From assembly GCF_020715685.1 (NCBI RefSeq), contig NZ_CP085840.1, forward strand, positions 4,354,891 to 4,418,890: DNA of 64,000 nt, given 5' to 3'. Made by a program: the position numbers and the translations under genes. Below the pieces are notes generated by a model. It searched no databases and was not told the DNA's origin. It saw only the letters and a list, made by a program, of their open reading frames with translations. The first letter of the stretch is position 1, and every line of letters begins with the position of its first letter. This DNA comes from Dermatobacter hominis. GTDB taxonomy: Bacteria; Actinomycetota; Acidimicrobiia; Acidimicrobiales; Microtrichaceae. Below, piece by piece: positions 10,662 through 19,704 of this stretch.

Positions 10662-10753
10662 GCGGCGGTGATCTCTGCCTGGGCGGCGGCTGTCTCTGCC
10701 TGGGCGGCGGTGATCCCTGCCTGGGCGGCGGTGATCCCTGCCTGGGCGGCGGC
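10662..10753. repeat. intergenic 21-bp tandem repeat (~4.4 copies)
   Basis: gcggcggtgatctctgcctgg / gcggcggctgtctctgcctgg / gcggcggtgatccctgcctgg x2 / partial; lies between glutaminyl cyclase stop (10659) and next gene start (10808). Confidence 0.8.
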
Positions 10754-10807
10754 CGGGCAGGCCGGTGCTACCTTTCGCGAGCAGTCGACTCCGGGGGGAA
10801 CGTCGCC

Positions 10808-11620
10808 ATGGTGAAGCCGGTCCTGCGTCCGCACGACGACGCGCTGTACGCCGAGTCGTCCGCGTCCTGGCAGGTCAACCGCCACTGGTTCCCGCTCATC
10901 GGCGGCGCCCGCGCCGCCATCCTCCAGGTCTGCGATCCCCGCGTCGCGGCCGGCGTGGCGTCCTACAGCACCTACAAGACCGATCCGTTCGGCCGGCTCG
11001 ATCGCACCCTCGACGCCATGCTCACGATCTCGTTCGCGGCCCCCGAGCGGCGCGAGGAGATGCTCGAGCACCTGCGCCGCGGCCACGCCCGGGTGGCGGG
11101 CACGACCGCCGACGGCCAGGCCTACGACGCCAACGACCCCGAGCTGCAGTACTGGGTGCTCGCCACGCTGGTGGACACCACGTTCGAGGTCGAGCGCCGC
11201 TACGTCGGGGTCATGCGCCGGGCCGACCGCGAGCGCTTCTTCCAGGAGTCCAAGCTCCTGGCCACCGCCTTCGGCATCCCGGACGAGCTCGTCCCCGCCG
11301 ACCTCGACGCGTTCCGCGCCTACGTCGCCCGGCAGTTCGAGACGCTCGAACCCTCCGACGACACCCGTGAGATCACGCGCTCGCTCATGCGCCCCGGCCT
11401 GCGCTGGCTGCCGGACCAGTCGCTCGTGCCCCTCAACTGGATCACGACCGAGCTGCTGCCGGGCCGGCTCCGCCGCCTCCTCGGGCTCGCCGACCTGAAC
11501 ACCGCCGAGCTCGGCGCCGTCCGCGGCGCCCGGCTCATGGCCCGCAGCACGCTGCCCCGCCTGCACCAGGCGCTGTCGGTGAACCCATGGAACAACCGGG
11601 TGCTCCGACCGGCGGCCTGA
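10808..11620 (+). CDS. MpaB/DUF2236-family oxygenase-like protein
   Basis: 270 aa; RHWFPLIGGARAAILQVCDPRVAAGVASYS...DPELQYWVLATLVDT...FETLEPSDDTREI pattern typical of the DUF2236 (ER-bound oxygenase MpaB-like) family. Confidence 0.6.
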   Translation: MVKPVLRPHDDALYAESSASWQVNRHWFPLIGGARAAILQVCDPRVAAGVASYSTYKTDPFGRLDRTLDAMLTISFAAPERREEMLEHLRRGHARVAGTTADGQAYDANDPELQYWVLATLVDTTFEVERRYVGVMRRADRERFFQESKLLATAFGIPDELVPADLDAFRAYVARQFETLEPSDDTREITRSLMRPGLRWLPDQSLVPLNWITTELLPGRLRRLLGLADLNTAELGAVRGARLMARSTLPRLHQALSVNPWNNRVLRPAA

Positions 11621-11626
11621 GCCGCG

Positions 11627-12769
11627 ATGGTCGCTCCCGTCCCGATCAGCGGTCGCTGCGCCCCGGGCTTCGAGCCCGTGCGGGAGGCGTTCGCCCAGAA
11701 CTTCGCCGAGCGCGGCGAGATCGGCGCCGGGGTCTGCGTGCTCGTCGGCGGCGAGGTCGCCGTCGACCTCGTGGGCGGCTGGGCCGACGAGGCCCGCACC
11801 CGCGAGTTCGCGCCTGATGCACTCACCGACTTCTACTCGGTGGGCAAGGCCCTGCTCTCCACGCTGCTCCTCCGTGAGGTCGACGCCGGTCGGATCGGGC
11901 TCGACGACACGATCGCCTCGGTCTGGCCCGAGTTCGCCCAGGGCGGCAAGGCCACGGCGACCGTCCGCCACGCGCTGACGCACCGGGCCGGTGTGCCGGC
12001 CATCCGCACGCCGCTCACCGACGAGGACCTCTTCGACTGGGACGTGATGGTGGCGGCGCTGGCCGCCACCGAGGCGTGGTACCCGCCGGGCGAGCAGATC
12101 GCCTACCACACCAACACCTACGGCCACCTGGTGGGGGAGCTGCTGCGCCGAGTGTCCGGGACGATGCCGGGGCCTGCGCTGCGCGAGCAGGCGGCGCGCA
12201 TCGGGGCCGACGTGTGGTTCGGCGTGCCCGACGAGGAGCAGCACCGCTGCGCCGACGTCGTGTGGGACCCGAGCTGGTCGATCCCGACGTTCGACGTCTC
12301 GGCGCTGACCGGCGACCACCTCCTCAACGCGCTGTCGCACTTCAACCCGCCCGGGTACTCCTCGATCGGGCTCGTCAACACGCCCCGGTGGCGGTCCTGC
12401 CAGCTCGCCTCCACCGCCGGTCACGGCGCGGCCACCGGCATCGCCCGCTGGTACCAGGCGCTGCTCGACGGCGACCTGCTCTCCGAGGACCTCCTGCGGG
12501 AGGCGTCCCGGATCCAGGCCAGCGGGCACTGCCCGATCCTGGGAGACGAGGTCACCTACGGGCTCGGCTTCACGCCGACCACCCCTCGCCGGCCGCTCGG
12601 CCCCAACCCGGGCGCCTTCGGCCACTTCGGCTCGGGTGGCGCGCTGGGCTTCGCCGACCCGCTCGGCGGCGTGGCGTTCGGCTACGTGATGAACCAGGTC
12701 ATCCCGCGCTGGCAGAGCACCCGCAACCGGGCGCTGATCGACGCCGTGTACACGTCGCTGTCGGGCTGA
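11627..12769 (+). CDS. serine hydrolase (class C beta-lactamase/esterase family)
   Basis: 380 aa; nucleophile motif FYSVGK (S-x-x-K), YHTNTYGHL (Y-x-N), HGAATG region; beta-lactamase-fold esterase/PBP family. Confidence 0.8.
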   Translation: MVAPVPISGRCAPGFEPVREAFAQNFAERGEIGAGVCVLVGGEVAVDLVGGWADEARTREFAPDALTDFYSVGKALLSTLLLREVDAGRIGLDDTIASVWPEFAQGGKATATVRHALTHRAGVPAIRTPLTDEDLFDWDVMVAALAATEAWYPPGEQIAYHTNTYGHLVGELLRRVSGTMPGPALREQAARIGADVWFGVPDEEQHRCADVVWDPSWSIPTFDVSALTGDHLLNALSHFNPPGYSSIGLVNTPRWRSCQLASTAGHGAATGIARWYQALLDGDLLSEDLLREASRIQASGHCPILGDEVTYGLGFTPTTPRRPLGPNPGAFGHFGSGGALGFADPLGGVAFGYVMNQVIPRWQSTRNRALIDAVYTSLSG

Positions 12770-12900
12770 CGGTCCCGCCGGCGCCTGTCGGCGCGTCACG
12801 ACGACGTTCGGAGCATCGCGCCGCTTTTCGTGGTCGCGCCCCTACGCTCGGTGTTCCGAGAGCGGACCCGCACCGCGCAGGGTCCGGGAGGAGGATCCCC

Positions 12901-13323
12901 ATGCTCGCGACCCTTGCCCAGTACTCCACCGACGACAGCGCTTCAGGCGGTTCGATCGCGATCTTCGTGATCCTCTACCTGGCGCTGCTGGTGCTGTTCC
13001 TGGTCGGCTACTGGAAGGTCTTCACCAAGCTGGGCCTGCCCGGCTGGATGGGGATCATCCCGTTCGTCAACGTGTACATGATCTTCAAGGCCCGCGGCCA
13101 GCGCGAGCCGGTCGTGTGGCTGATCCTGTTCCTGATCCCCTGCATCAACATCGTCGCGGCGTGGTTCCTGGCGAACGACACGGCGGAGCTGTTCGACAAG
13201 GAGCTGGGCTGGAAGATCTTCCTGTTCCTGATCCCGGGCATCTCGCACCTGGTGCTCGGCTTCGGCAGCGCCCAGGCCGATCGGGCCGCCATGGCCCCGG
13301 GCGTGGGCCTCAACGCCGCCTGA
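12901..13323 (+). CDS. small polytopic membrane protein (DUF5684-like)
   Basis: ATG at 12901 preceded by ggaggaggatcccc; 140 aa with 3-4 TM helices (IAIFVILYLALLVLFLVGYWKVF...GIIPFVNVYMIFKA...WLILFLIPCINIVAAWF); upstream part of track ORF 12076..13323 is artefact. Confidence 0.55.
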   Translation: MLATLAQYSTDDSASGGSIAIFVILYLALLVLFLVGYWKVFTKLGLPGWMGIIPFVNVYMIFKARGQREPVVWLILFLIPCINIVAAWFLANDTAELFDKELGWKIFLFLIPGISHLVLGFGSAQADRAAMAPGVGLNAA

Positions 13324-13367
13324 CCGAGGCGGTGACGTCCGCGGGAGAGGCCGCGGGAGCAACGACG

Positions 13368-13399
13368 AAGGGGCCCGGAACGATCGTTCCGGGCCCCTT
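13368..13399. terminator. perfect 32-nt palindrome (bidirectional terminator-like hairpin)
   Basis: aaggggcccggaacgatcgttccgggcccctt between the 12901..13323 gene stop and the 3' end of the convergent tRNA-Lys. Confidence 0.5.
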
Positions 13400-13405
13400 C
13401 TGCAG

Positions 13406-13478
13406 TACGCCCCCCGGGACTCGAACCCGGAACCAGCGGATTAAGAGTCCGATGCTCTGCCAATTGAGCTAGAGGCGC
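13406..13478 (-). tRNA. tRNA-Lys (anticodon CTT)
   Basis: rc reads GCGCCTCTAGCTCAATTGGCAGAGCATCGGACTCTTAATCCGCTGGTTCCGGGTTCGAGTCCCGGGGGGCGTA: D-arm GCTC..GAGC, anticodon loop CU-CTT-AA, T-loop GGTTCGAGTCC; CCA not encoded. Confidence 0.8.
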
Positions 13479-13563
13479 ACGTGGCTCCGCCGGGCGGACC
13501 CGGCGGAGTTGGATTGTAGCGACCCGACCTCGACGGCCCGAACCGTCGACGCCTGCCGCTTCG

Positions 13564-13639
13564 GGTGACCGAGGGGACTTGAACCCCCGACCTCCAGGGC
13601 CACAACCTGGCGCTCTAACCGGGCTGAGCTACGGCCACC
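13564..13639 (-). tRNA. tRNA-His (anticodon GTG)
   Basis: rc reads G-GTGGCCGTAGCTCAGCCCGGTTAGAGCGCCAGGTTGTGGCCCTGGAGGTCGGGGGTTCAAGTCCCCTCGGTCACC: extra 5' G(-1) characteristic of tRNA-His, anticodon loop UU-GTG-GC. Confidence 0.85.
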
Positions 13640-13718
13640 AAGGCAAGGCGGACGATCATATACGGTGCCGCCGGGGAGGCTGCAGTCCGGTATCGCCGGG
13701 CCCTGCTCCGTCCCGCTC

Positions 13719-13792
13719 GCCCCCGTAGCTCAGCTGGATAGAGCAAGTCACTTCTAATGACAAGGTCGCAGGTTCGAGTCCTGCCGGGGGTG
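13719..13792 (+). tRNA. tRNA-Arg (anticodon TCT)
   Basis: GCCCCCGTAGCTCAGCTGGATAGAGCAAGTCACTTCTAATGACAAGGTCGCAGGTTCGAGTCCTGCCGGGGGTG: cloverleaf with anticodon loop CU-TCT-AA. Confidence 0.85.
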
Positions 13793-13824
13793 CTCAGCGC
13801 AGCGTCGGGGTGCGCCGGCGCGGG

Positions 13825-15378
13825 CTACTGGACCGCGTAGGTCTCGGCGATCGCCTCGGACTCCTGCTCCACGCGACGCAGGTCGTCGTCGACGTCGTCG
13901 GGGGAGCCGAGCCTCGGGATCAGCAGCGACACGACGGTGCCGACGGCGACGACGACCGTGCCGAAGACGAGCGCCGGGCGGGCCCCGGCGGCGGCCACCG
14001 TGGCCGGATCGCTCGATGTGGCGCGCTGGGTGAAGGTCGTCAGCAGCGTGCTGATGACCGCGATGCCGAGCGACGACCCGATCATGCGGACCGTCGTGTT
14101 GGCGCCGCTCGCCGCACCCGAGCGCTCGGGCGAGATGCCCGACAGCACGACGTTGGTGAGCTGCGACGCCGCGAACCCGACGCCGATGCCGAACAGCGCC
14201 AGTCCCGGGAGCAGGTGCAGGAAGGAGGCCGACGGGTCGACCGCCCAGGCGACGACGCCGAGCCCGGTCGCCTCGAGCAGGAGCCCGCTGCGGACGACGA
14301 AGGTCGTGTCGATCCGGCGCGTGAGCCTCGCCCCCACCTGGGAGCCGACGATGATGAACAGGCCGGAGGGGACGAGCCACAGGCCGGTCTCGACGGCGCT
14401 GAGCCGGAGCCCCTCCTGCAGGAAGACCGAGAGCACGAACAGGAACGAGATCTGGCCCATCGCCATGAGGACCAGGGTCGAGAGCCCGTAGCGGAAGGTC
14501 AGGATGCGGAGCTGGCTGAACTCGAACAGCGGGTCGCGGTCCCGTCGCTCCTTCCAGCGCTCCAGCGCCACGAACCCGACCAGCAGCGCGACCGCCACCA
14601 CCGCCGTCACGACGACGATCGACACGGGCGCGCCGGCCGGCCACAGGACCGTCCCACCGACGACGAGGTCCTGGGTGGGCCGGAACCAGCCGTACTCGGC
14701 GCCCTCGCTGATGCTGAAGACCAGCAGCAGCATCCCCGTCGCGATCAGGAGCGAGCCGGGCACGTCGATGCGCTCGCGCCGGCCGCTCGTCGCCACCTTC
14801 CGCATGAACAGCAGCGCGCCGACGATGGCGAACGGCACCACGATCACGTTGATGCGGAACGCCCATCGCCAGGAGTAGTTCGTCGTCAGGAAGCCGCCGA
14901 GCAGCGGCCCGAACGCCGCGGCCGCGCCCATCGTGCCGCCCCACGCCCCGAAGGCCATGCCCCGCTCCCGCCCGGTGAAGGTCGTCGACAGGATGCCCAT
15001 CGTCGCCGGCAGCATCAGCGACGCGCCCATGCCCTCGATCACGGCCTCGCCGAGGACGAGCTCGGGCACGCCGCTCGAGATCGACGCGATGAACGAGCCG
15101 ATGCCGAACAGCGCGGCGCCGATCACGAACATGCGGCGCGGTCCGAAGATGTCCGAGAGGCGACCGCCGATGATCAGCAGCGCGGCGAACGTCAGCGTGT
15201 AGCCGGTGATGACCCACTGCAGGGCCGTGAGCGTGGTGTCGAACTCCTCGAGGATCGTCGGGATCGCGACGTTGAGGACCGTGGCGTCGAGCGCGGCGAT
15301 CAGGACCGACGTGAGGACGATCCCGAGCGTCGCCCAGCGGCGGGGGTCGGCGTTCGGGGCGGCGTCCTCGGTTATCAT
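13825..15378 (-). CDS. MFS transporter, DHA2-like 14-TMS drug:H+ antiporter family
   Basis: In-frame ATG at 15378 within ORF 13825..16383; MITEDAAPNADPRRWATLGIVLTSVLIAALDATVLNVAIP...GRLSDIFGPRRMF (MFS motif A-like), ~14 predicted TM segments. Upstream 335 codons of the track ORF are artefact. Confidence 0.85.
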   Translation of the reverse strand: MITEDAAPNADPRRWATLGIVLTSVLIAALDATVLNVAIPTILEEFDTTLTALQWVITGYTLTFAALLIIGGRLSDIFGPRRMFVIGAALFGIGSFIASISSGVPELVLGEAVIEGMGASLMLPATMGILSTTFTGRERGMAFGAWGGTMGAAAAFGPLLGGFLTTNYSWRWAFRINVIVVPFAIVGALLFMRKVATSGRRERIDVPGSLLIATGMLLLVFSISEGAEYGWFRPTQDLVVGGTVLWPAGAPVSIVVVTAVVAVALLVGFVALERWKERRDRDPLFEFSQLRILTFRYGLSTLVLMAMGQISFLFVLSVFLQEGLRLSAVETGLWLVPSGLFIIVGSQVGARLTRRIDTTFVVRSGLLLEATGLGVVAWAVDPSASFLHLLPGLALFGIGVGFAASQLTNVVLSGISPERSGAASGANTTVRMIGSSLGIAVISTLLTTFTQRATSSDPATVAAAGARPALVFGTVVVAVGTVVSLLIPRLGSPDDVDDDLRRVEQESEAIAETYAVQ

Positions 15379-15395
15379 CCAGACGGATGATAACC
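15370..15395. promoter_or_regulatory. perfect 11-4-11 palindrome, putative TetR operator overlapping MFS start codon
   Basis: ggttatcatcc-agac-ggatgataacc; sits in the 46-bp divergent region between MFS (start 15378, the ATG is inside the palindrome) and TetR (start 15424). Confidence 0.6.
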
Positions 15396-15423
15396 CGCCG
15401 ATGCCGTCGAGGTCGGGCCGGAC

Positions 15424-16041
15424 GTGGCCGGACGTGAGCGCAACCCCGAGCGCAGCCGGGAGCGGATCCTCGACGCCGCGCTGAGCGAGTTCTCCGAGCA
15501 CGGCTACGCCGGCGCCCGCGTCGACGCGATCGCCCGGCGGGCGGGGCTCAACAAGCAGCTGATCTCGCACCACTTCGGGGGCAAGCTCGGCCTCTACCGG
15601 TCCGTGATGGCCGAGCGCCGCATGCGCGGCGGCGGCGAGCTGGTCGGGTCGGCGGAGGACGTGCCCCACGCCCTCGCCGCGTTCTTCGACCGGGCCGGCG
15701 CGGATCCCGAGTGGATCCGGGTGCTGCTGTGGGAGACCCTCGAACGGCCCGACGAGGACGACGGCACCGGTCCCGACCGGGACCGCCGGCGGCAGCGGTA
15801 CGGGGAGCGCATCGACTGGGTGCGCCACGAGCAGGAGGCCGGGCGGCTGCCCGCCGACCTCGACCCCACGCTGCTGCTCATGTCGCTGCTCGGCGCCGCC
15901 CTGTACCCGGTGCTGCTCCCCGAGGTCTGCGAGATCGCCACCGGTCTCCGACCCGAGGACGAGGCGTTCGCGTCGCGCTACCGCGACCACCTCCGCTCGC
16001 TCGCCGGCCACCTGGCCGCAGCGCCGGCGGCCGACGGCTGA
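15424..16041 (+). CDS. TetR/AcrR-family transcriptional regulator
   Basis: 205 aa; N-terminal HTH RERILDAALSEFSEHGYAGARVDAIARRAGLNKQLISHHFGGKLGLY typical of TetR_N; divergent from MFS gene. Confidence 0.85.
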   Translation: MAGRERNPERSRERILDAALSEFSEHGYAGARVDAIARRAGLNKQLISHHFGGKLGLYRSVMAERRMRGGGELVGSAEDVPHALAAFFDRAGADPEWIRVLLWETLERPDEDDGTGPDRDRRRQRYGERIDWVRHEQEAGRLPADLDPTLLLMSLLGAALYPVLLPEVCEIATGLRPEDEAFASRYRDHLRSLAGHLAAAPAADG

Positions 16042-16117
16042 CCGGTCGACCACCGGCGGCCCGACCGGCGCGACCGGGGGCGGGCACGGCCCGGCGGTCG
16101 CGCGAGCATCTGCCCCC

Positions 16118-16897
16118 GTGCCGAGCTCGTCCCTGATCCTCATCCCGCCGTCCGAGGGCAAGGCGCCCGGTGGCGGCGGTCCGCCGTGGACCCCGGGGAC
16201 GATGGCCGTCGACCTCGACCACCGGCGGGAGCGGGTGATGGCGGCGCTGCGCTCGGCGATGCGGCGCAACGCCGCGGAGCGGGGGCGCCTGCTGGGCGTG
16301 AAGGGAGAGGCGCTGGCGGCGGCGACCGAGGCCAACCGGTCGATCGCGACCTCACCGACCATGCCGGCCGCCGAGCGCTTCACCGGCGTGCTCTACGACG
16401 CCCTGTCGCTGTCGACCCTGGCCGCCGACGCCCGTGCCCGCGCCGACGGCTCGCTGCTCGTCCTGTCGGGCGTGTTCGGCCTGGTCGCGCCGTCGGACCC
16501 GATCCCGGACCACAAGCTCAAGATGAGCGTGTCGATCGGTCGTCTCGGGAAGCTCTCGACGTGGTGGCGCGACGCGGTGAGCGCCGAGCTCGCGGAGCGG
16601 GCGGCGGGCCGCACCGTCTGGAACCTCCTGCCCAACGAGCACGCCGCCGCTGTCGCGCTGGCGGGCGTGGCGCAGACCACGGTCACGTTCCTCGAGCCCG
16701 GGCGCGACGGCCAGCTCGTCGCCGTGGCCCACTGGAACAAGCTGCTCAAGGGCTCGCTCGTCCGGCACCTCCTGGAGCAGCCCGGCACGGCGCCCGACGA
16801 CCTCGCCGACTGGGACCACCCCGAGGGCTTCCGGCTCGATCCGCGCCGGACGGTCGTCGACGGGTCGACGACGACGTTGTCGCTGGTGCGCCGGTAG
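16118..16897 (+). CDS. yaaA: peroxide stress protein YaaA (UPF0246/DUF328)
   Basis: 259 aa; N-term SLILIPPSEGKA matches YaaA signature (LILISPAKT...); DYALSL/LSGVFGL motifs conserved. Confidence 0.75.
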   Translation: MPSSSLILIPPSEGKAPGGGGPPWTPGTMAVDLDHRRERVMAALRSAMRRNAAERGRLLGVKGEALAAATEANRSIATSPTMPAAERFTGVLYDALSLSTLAADARARADGSLLVLSGVFGLVAPSDPIPDHKLKMSVSIGRLGKLSTWWRDAVSAELAERAAGRTVWNLLPNEHAAAVALAGVAQTTVTFLEPGRDGQLVAVAHWNKLLKGSLVRHLLEQPGTAPDDLADWDHPEGFRLDPRRTVVDGSTTTLSLVRR

Positions 16898-17206
16898 GGA
16901 CGGTCGCCGCGGCGCGGGCCGCTACCCCACGCCGACGGCGCTGCCGCGGCGCCCGGGAAGGTTCGCCCACTGTGATCAGCTTCACCTCCGGATGAACCTG
17001 CGTCGGCGAACGCGCCGCGCTAGACATGAGGTCACAACGACCCCCGGCCGTAGGGTTCTTCCCTTCCCTCCTACTCTCCGGCCGGGGGTCTGTTGCTGTC
17101 CGGGAACAGGTCGAGCGCCGGTCCGCTCCCGCCCGGAGACCTCTCAGCCGCAACCCGCCACCGCCGCAGCACGGGGGTAGGTTGCGTCGCAACAGGGAGG
17201 AGCGCA

Positions 17207-18433
17207 GTGCGCACTTCAGGACTTCGACTCGGACGCATCCTCGGCATCGAGGTGGCCGCGGACCTCGGCGTGCTGCTGTTCGGTGGCCTGCTGACCTGGA
17301 TCCTCGCCACGTCGATCCTCCCTGCGAGCGAGCCCGGTCGCACCGGCACGGCGTACTGGTCCGTCGCCGCCCTCGGCACCCTGCTGTTCATCGGCTCGCT
17401 CCTCGCCCACGAGCTCGGCCACTCGGTGGTCGCCCGCCGCAACGACATCGAGGTGGCGGGCATCACGCTGTGGATGTTCGGCGGCGTGGCGGAGCTGCGG
17501 TCCGAGGCCAGGACCGCCGGCGCCGAGCTGCGGATCGCGCTCGCCGGCCCGGCCATGAGCCTGCTGGTCGGTGCCGTCTCGATCGGCGCCGCCCTCGGCC
17601 TGTCGCAGGTCGGCGCCCCCGACCTCTACGTCGCCGCCCTCGCCTGGCTCGGCGTCGTCAACGTCTTCCTCGCGGTGTTCAACCTGCTGCCGGGCTCGCC
17701 GCTCGACGGCGGACGGGTGCTGGCCGCGGTGATCTGGATGGTCCGCGGCGACCGCCTCCAGGCCAAGGTCTGGGCCGCCCGGACCGGCCGCGTGGTCGCC
17801 CTGCTCATCATCGCCGCCGGGTTCGCCGAGGTGTTCGTCCTGCAGAGCGGCACCGGCCTCTGGACCGTGTTCATCGGCTGGTTCCTGCTGAGCGCCGCCC
17901 GGGTCGAGGAGGCCCACTACGTCGGCGAGGCCGCGCTCGGCACGATGCCGGTCTCGGCAGCGATGCTCCAGGACCCCGCCTCGGTCCGGACGTGGGCCAC
18001 CGTCGACGACGCCGTCCGCGGCCCCCTCGCCAGCAGCTCGCAGAGCGCGGTGCCGGTGCTCGACTGGAACGAGAAGGTCGTCGGCGTGATCACGATGTCG
18101 CAGGTGCGGCGCCTCCCGGCCGACCGCTGGGCCGCCACGACCGTCGGCGACGTGATGCTGCCGGCCGCGCAGCTGCCCACGGCCATGCCGACCGAGCGCC
18201 TGACGTCGGTGCTCGAGCGGCTCCGCGCCACCTCCGGCGGGTTCGCCCTCGTGCTCGACCGGGGCCGCCTGGTCGGCCTGCTCACGCCCGACGGCATCAG
18301 CCGGGCGATCTCGTTCGGCCAGATGGCCCGCCGCGGCGGGGTCCCCACGCCCGTCACGAGCGGGCCCCAGCCGCCGCCCGCCCCGATCCACGTCCCCACC
18401 CAGCGGTGGGAGCCCCCGAGGAGCCAGCCATGA
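17207..18433 (+). CDS. site-2 protease family zinc metallopeptidase (M50) with tandem CBS domains
   Basis: GTG at 17207 after gggagga; HELGH zinc motif, [11 protein letters not shown] (LDG motif of M50), C-terminal CBS pair ([10 protein letters not shown].../[14 protein letters not shown]). Confidence 0.8.
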   Translation: MRTSGLRLGRILGIEVAADLGVLLFGGLLTWILATSILPASEPGRTGTAYWSVAALGTLLFIGSLLAHELGHSVVARRNDIEVAGITLWMFGGVAELRSEARTAGAELRIALAGPAMSLLVGAVSIGAALGLSQVGAPDLYVAALAWLGVVNVFLAVFNLLPGSPLDGGRVLAAVIWMVRGDRLQAKVWAARTGRVVALLIIAAGFAEVFVLQSGTGLWTVFIGWFLLSAARVEEAHYVGEAALGTMPVSAAMLQDPASVRTWATVDDAVRGPLASSSQSAVPVLDWNEKVVGVITMSQVRRLPADRWAATTVGDVMLPAAQLPTAMPTERLTSVLERLRATSGGFALVLDRGRLVGLLTPDGISRAISFGQMARRGGVPTPVTSGPQPPPAPIHVPTQRWEPPRSQP

Positions 18434-18849
18434 CGACCGATCCCACCTCCGGCACCGGCGCACCGGCCGACGTCGACCTCGATGGCCTCAAGCAGCGGCT
18501 CGACTCGCTGCAGTGGCACGTCACCCAGGAGGCGGGCACCGAGCGCGCCTTCACCGGCGTGTACTGGGACTGCCACGACGACGGCACCTACCACTGCATC
18601 GTCTGCGACGTCCCGCTGTTCCGGAGCGACACCAAGTACGAGTCGGGCTCCGGGTGGCCGAGCTTCTACGAGCCGGTCAGCCCCGACGCCGTCGAGGAGA
18701 TCACCGATCGCTCCCACGGCATGGTGCGCACCGAGGTCCGCTGCGCCAACTGCGGCGCCCACCTGGGGCACGTCTTCACCGACGGGCCCCGGCCGACGGG
18801 CCTTCGCTACTGCATGAACAGCGCGGCCCTGAACCTCGAAGCGGACTGA
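18430..18849 (+). CDS. msrB: peptide-methionine (R)-S-oxide reductase MsrB
   Basis: 139 aa; CIVCDVPLF...GWPSF...[17 protein letters not shown] = SelR domain with zinc CxxC pairs and catalytic Cys; ATG overlaps upstream stop (ATGA). Confidence 0.9.
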   Translation: MTTDPTSGTGAPADVDLDGLKQRLDSLQWHVTQEAGTERAFTGVYWDCHDDGTYHCIVCDVPLFRSDTKYESGSGWPSFYEPVSPDAVEEITDRSHGMVRTEVRCANCGAHLGHVFTDGPRPTGLRYCMNSAALNLEAD

Positions 18850-18906
18850 ACCTCGAAGCGGACCGGGCTCGCGGGCGCTGCGGTCCCGGGCTCCGCGGGC
18901 GCGGGC

Positions 18907-19704
18907 TCAGCGGTCGCCGGCGACCCGCCGCCACAGCGGGCGGGGGAGCGCGCGGACCACGCCGAACAGCGGTCCGAGCACGCGGGGGACCGACGCGACG
19001 TCGCGCCGCGGGTCCTGCAGGGCCGCGACGGTCGCGCGGGCCACGGTCGCCGGGTCGGTGCTGAACGGCGCAGGATCGAGGCCGTCGGTCATCCGGGACC
19101 GGACGAAACCGGGCCGCACGACCAGGCACCGCACCCCGGTGCCGACCAGCGCGTCGGACAAGCCCTGCGCGAACACGTCGAGGCCCGCCTTCGTCGAGCC
19201 GTAGACGTAGTTGGAGCGGCGGGCCCGCAGCCCGGCGACCGACGACAGCACGACGATCGTCCCGTGGCCCTGCTCGACGAGGAACTGGCCGGCGGCGGCC
19301 AGGGCCGCGGCCGGCCCGGCGAAGTTCGTGCGGACCATGTGGTCGACGTCGACCGGCCCCATCGTCCGGCCGGCGTGGTGGCCGAGCAACCCCACGGCGC
19401 AGACGACGAGGTCGACCTGCCCGAGCGACCCGGCGGCGCGCTCGACCAGGGCGCGGTGGCCCTCGACCTCGAGCGCGTCCCAGGCCATCGACTCGGTGGT
19501 GAGCGCGGGCGCCGCGTCCGCCACGGCCCGCGCCGCGGCCTCGGGGTCGCGGGCCGCGAGGACGGCGGCGCGGAGCCCGTGCCGAGCGAGCTCGGCGAGC
19601 ACGGCCACGGCGATGTCGCTCGTGGCCCCGAGCACCAGGGCGGTGCGGGGGTGCTCGTTCAGCGAGCCGTGGGGCTCGTTCGGGTCGGGAGCGAGGTCGG
19701 CCAC
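18907..19704 (-). CDS. SDR-family oxidoreductase
   Basis: C-terminal 265 aa of ORF 18907..20484: ALVLGATSDIAVAV (Rossmann), NYVYGSTKAG (YxxxK). GTG at 19704 assumed; a GTG ~60 nt downstream (19641) would remove the overlap with the upstream MBL gene. Confidence 0.75.
   Translation of the reverse strand: MADLAPDPNEPHGSLNEHPRTALVLGATSDIAVAVLAELARHGLRAAVLAARDPEAAARAVADAAPALTTESMAWDALEVEGHRALVERAAGSLGQVDLVVCAVGLLGHHAGRTMGPVDVDHMVRTNFAGPAAALAAAGQFLVEQGHGTIVVLSSVAGLRARRSNYVYGSTKAGLDVFAQGLSDALVGTGVRCLVVRPGFVRSRMTDGLDPAPFSTDPATVARATVAALQDPRRDVASVPRVLGPLFGVVRALPRPLWRRVAGDR

Noticed and set aside
10182-10814. Plus-strand ORF translating the 21-bp repeat as an AAVIPAW heptad repeat
   Set aside because: It overlaps the well-supported glutaminyl cyclase gene out of frame and has no start context. 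The repeat is better explained as intergenic.
10607-12799. 730-aa minus-strand ORF spanning the MpaB-like and esterase genes
   Set aside because: It is an antisense GC-frame artefact. It spans two real plus-strand genes and the tandem repeat.
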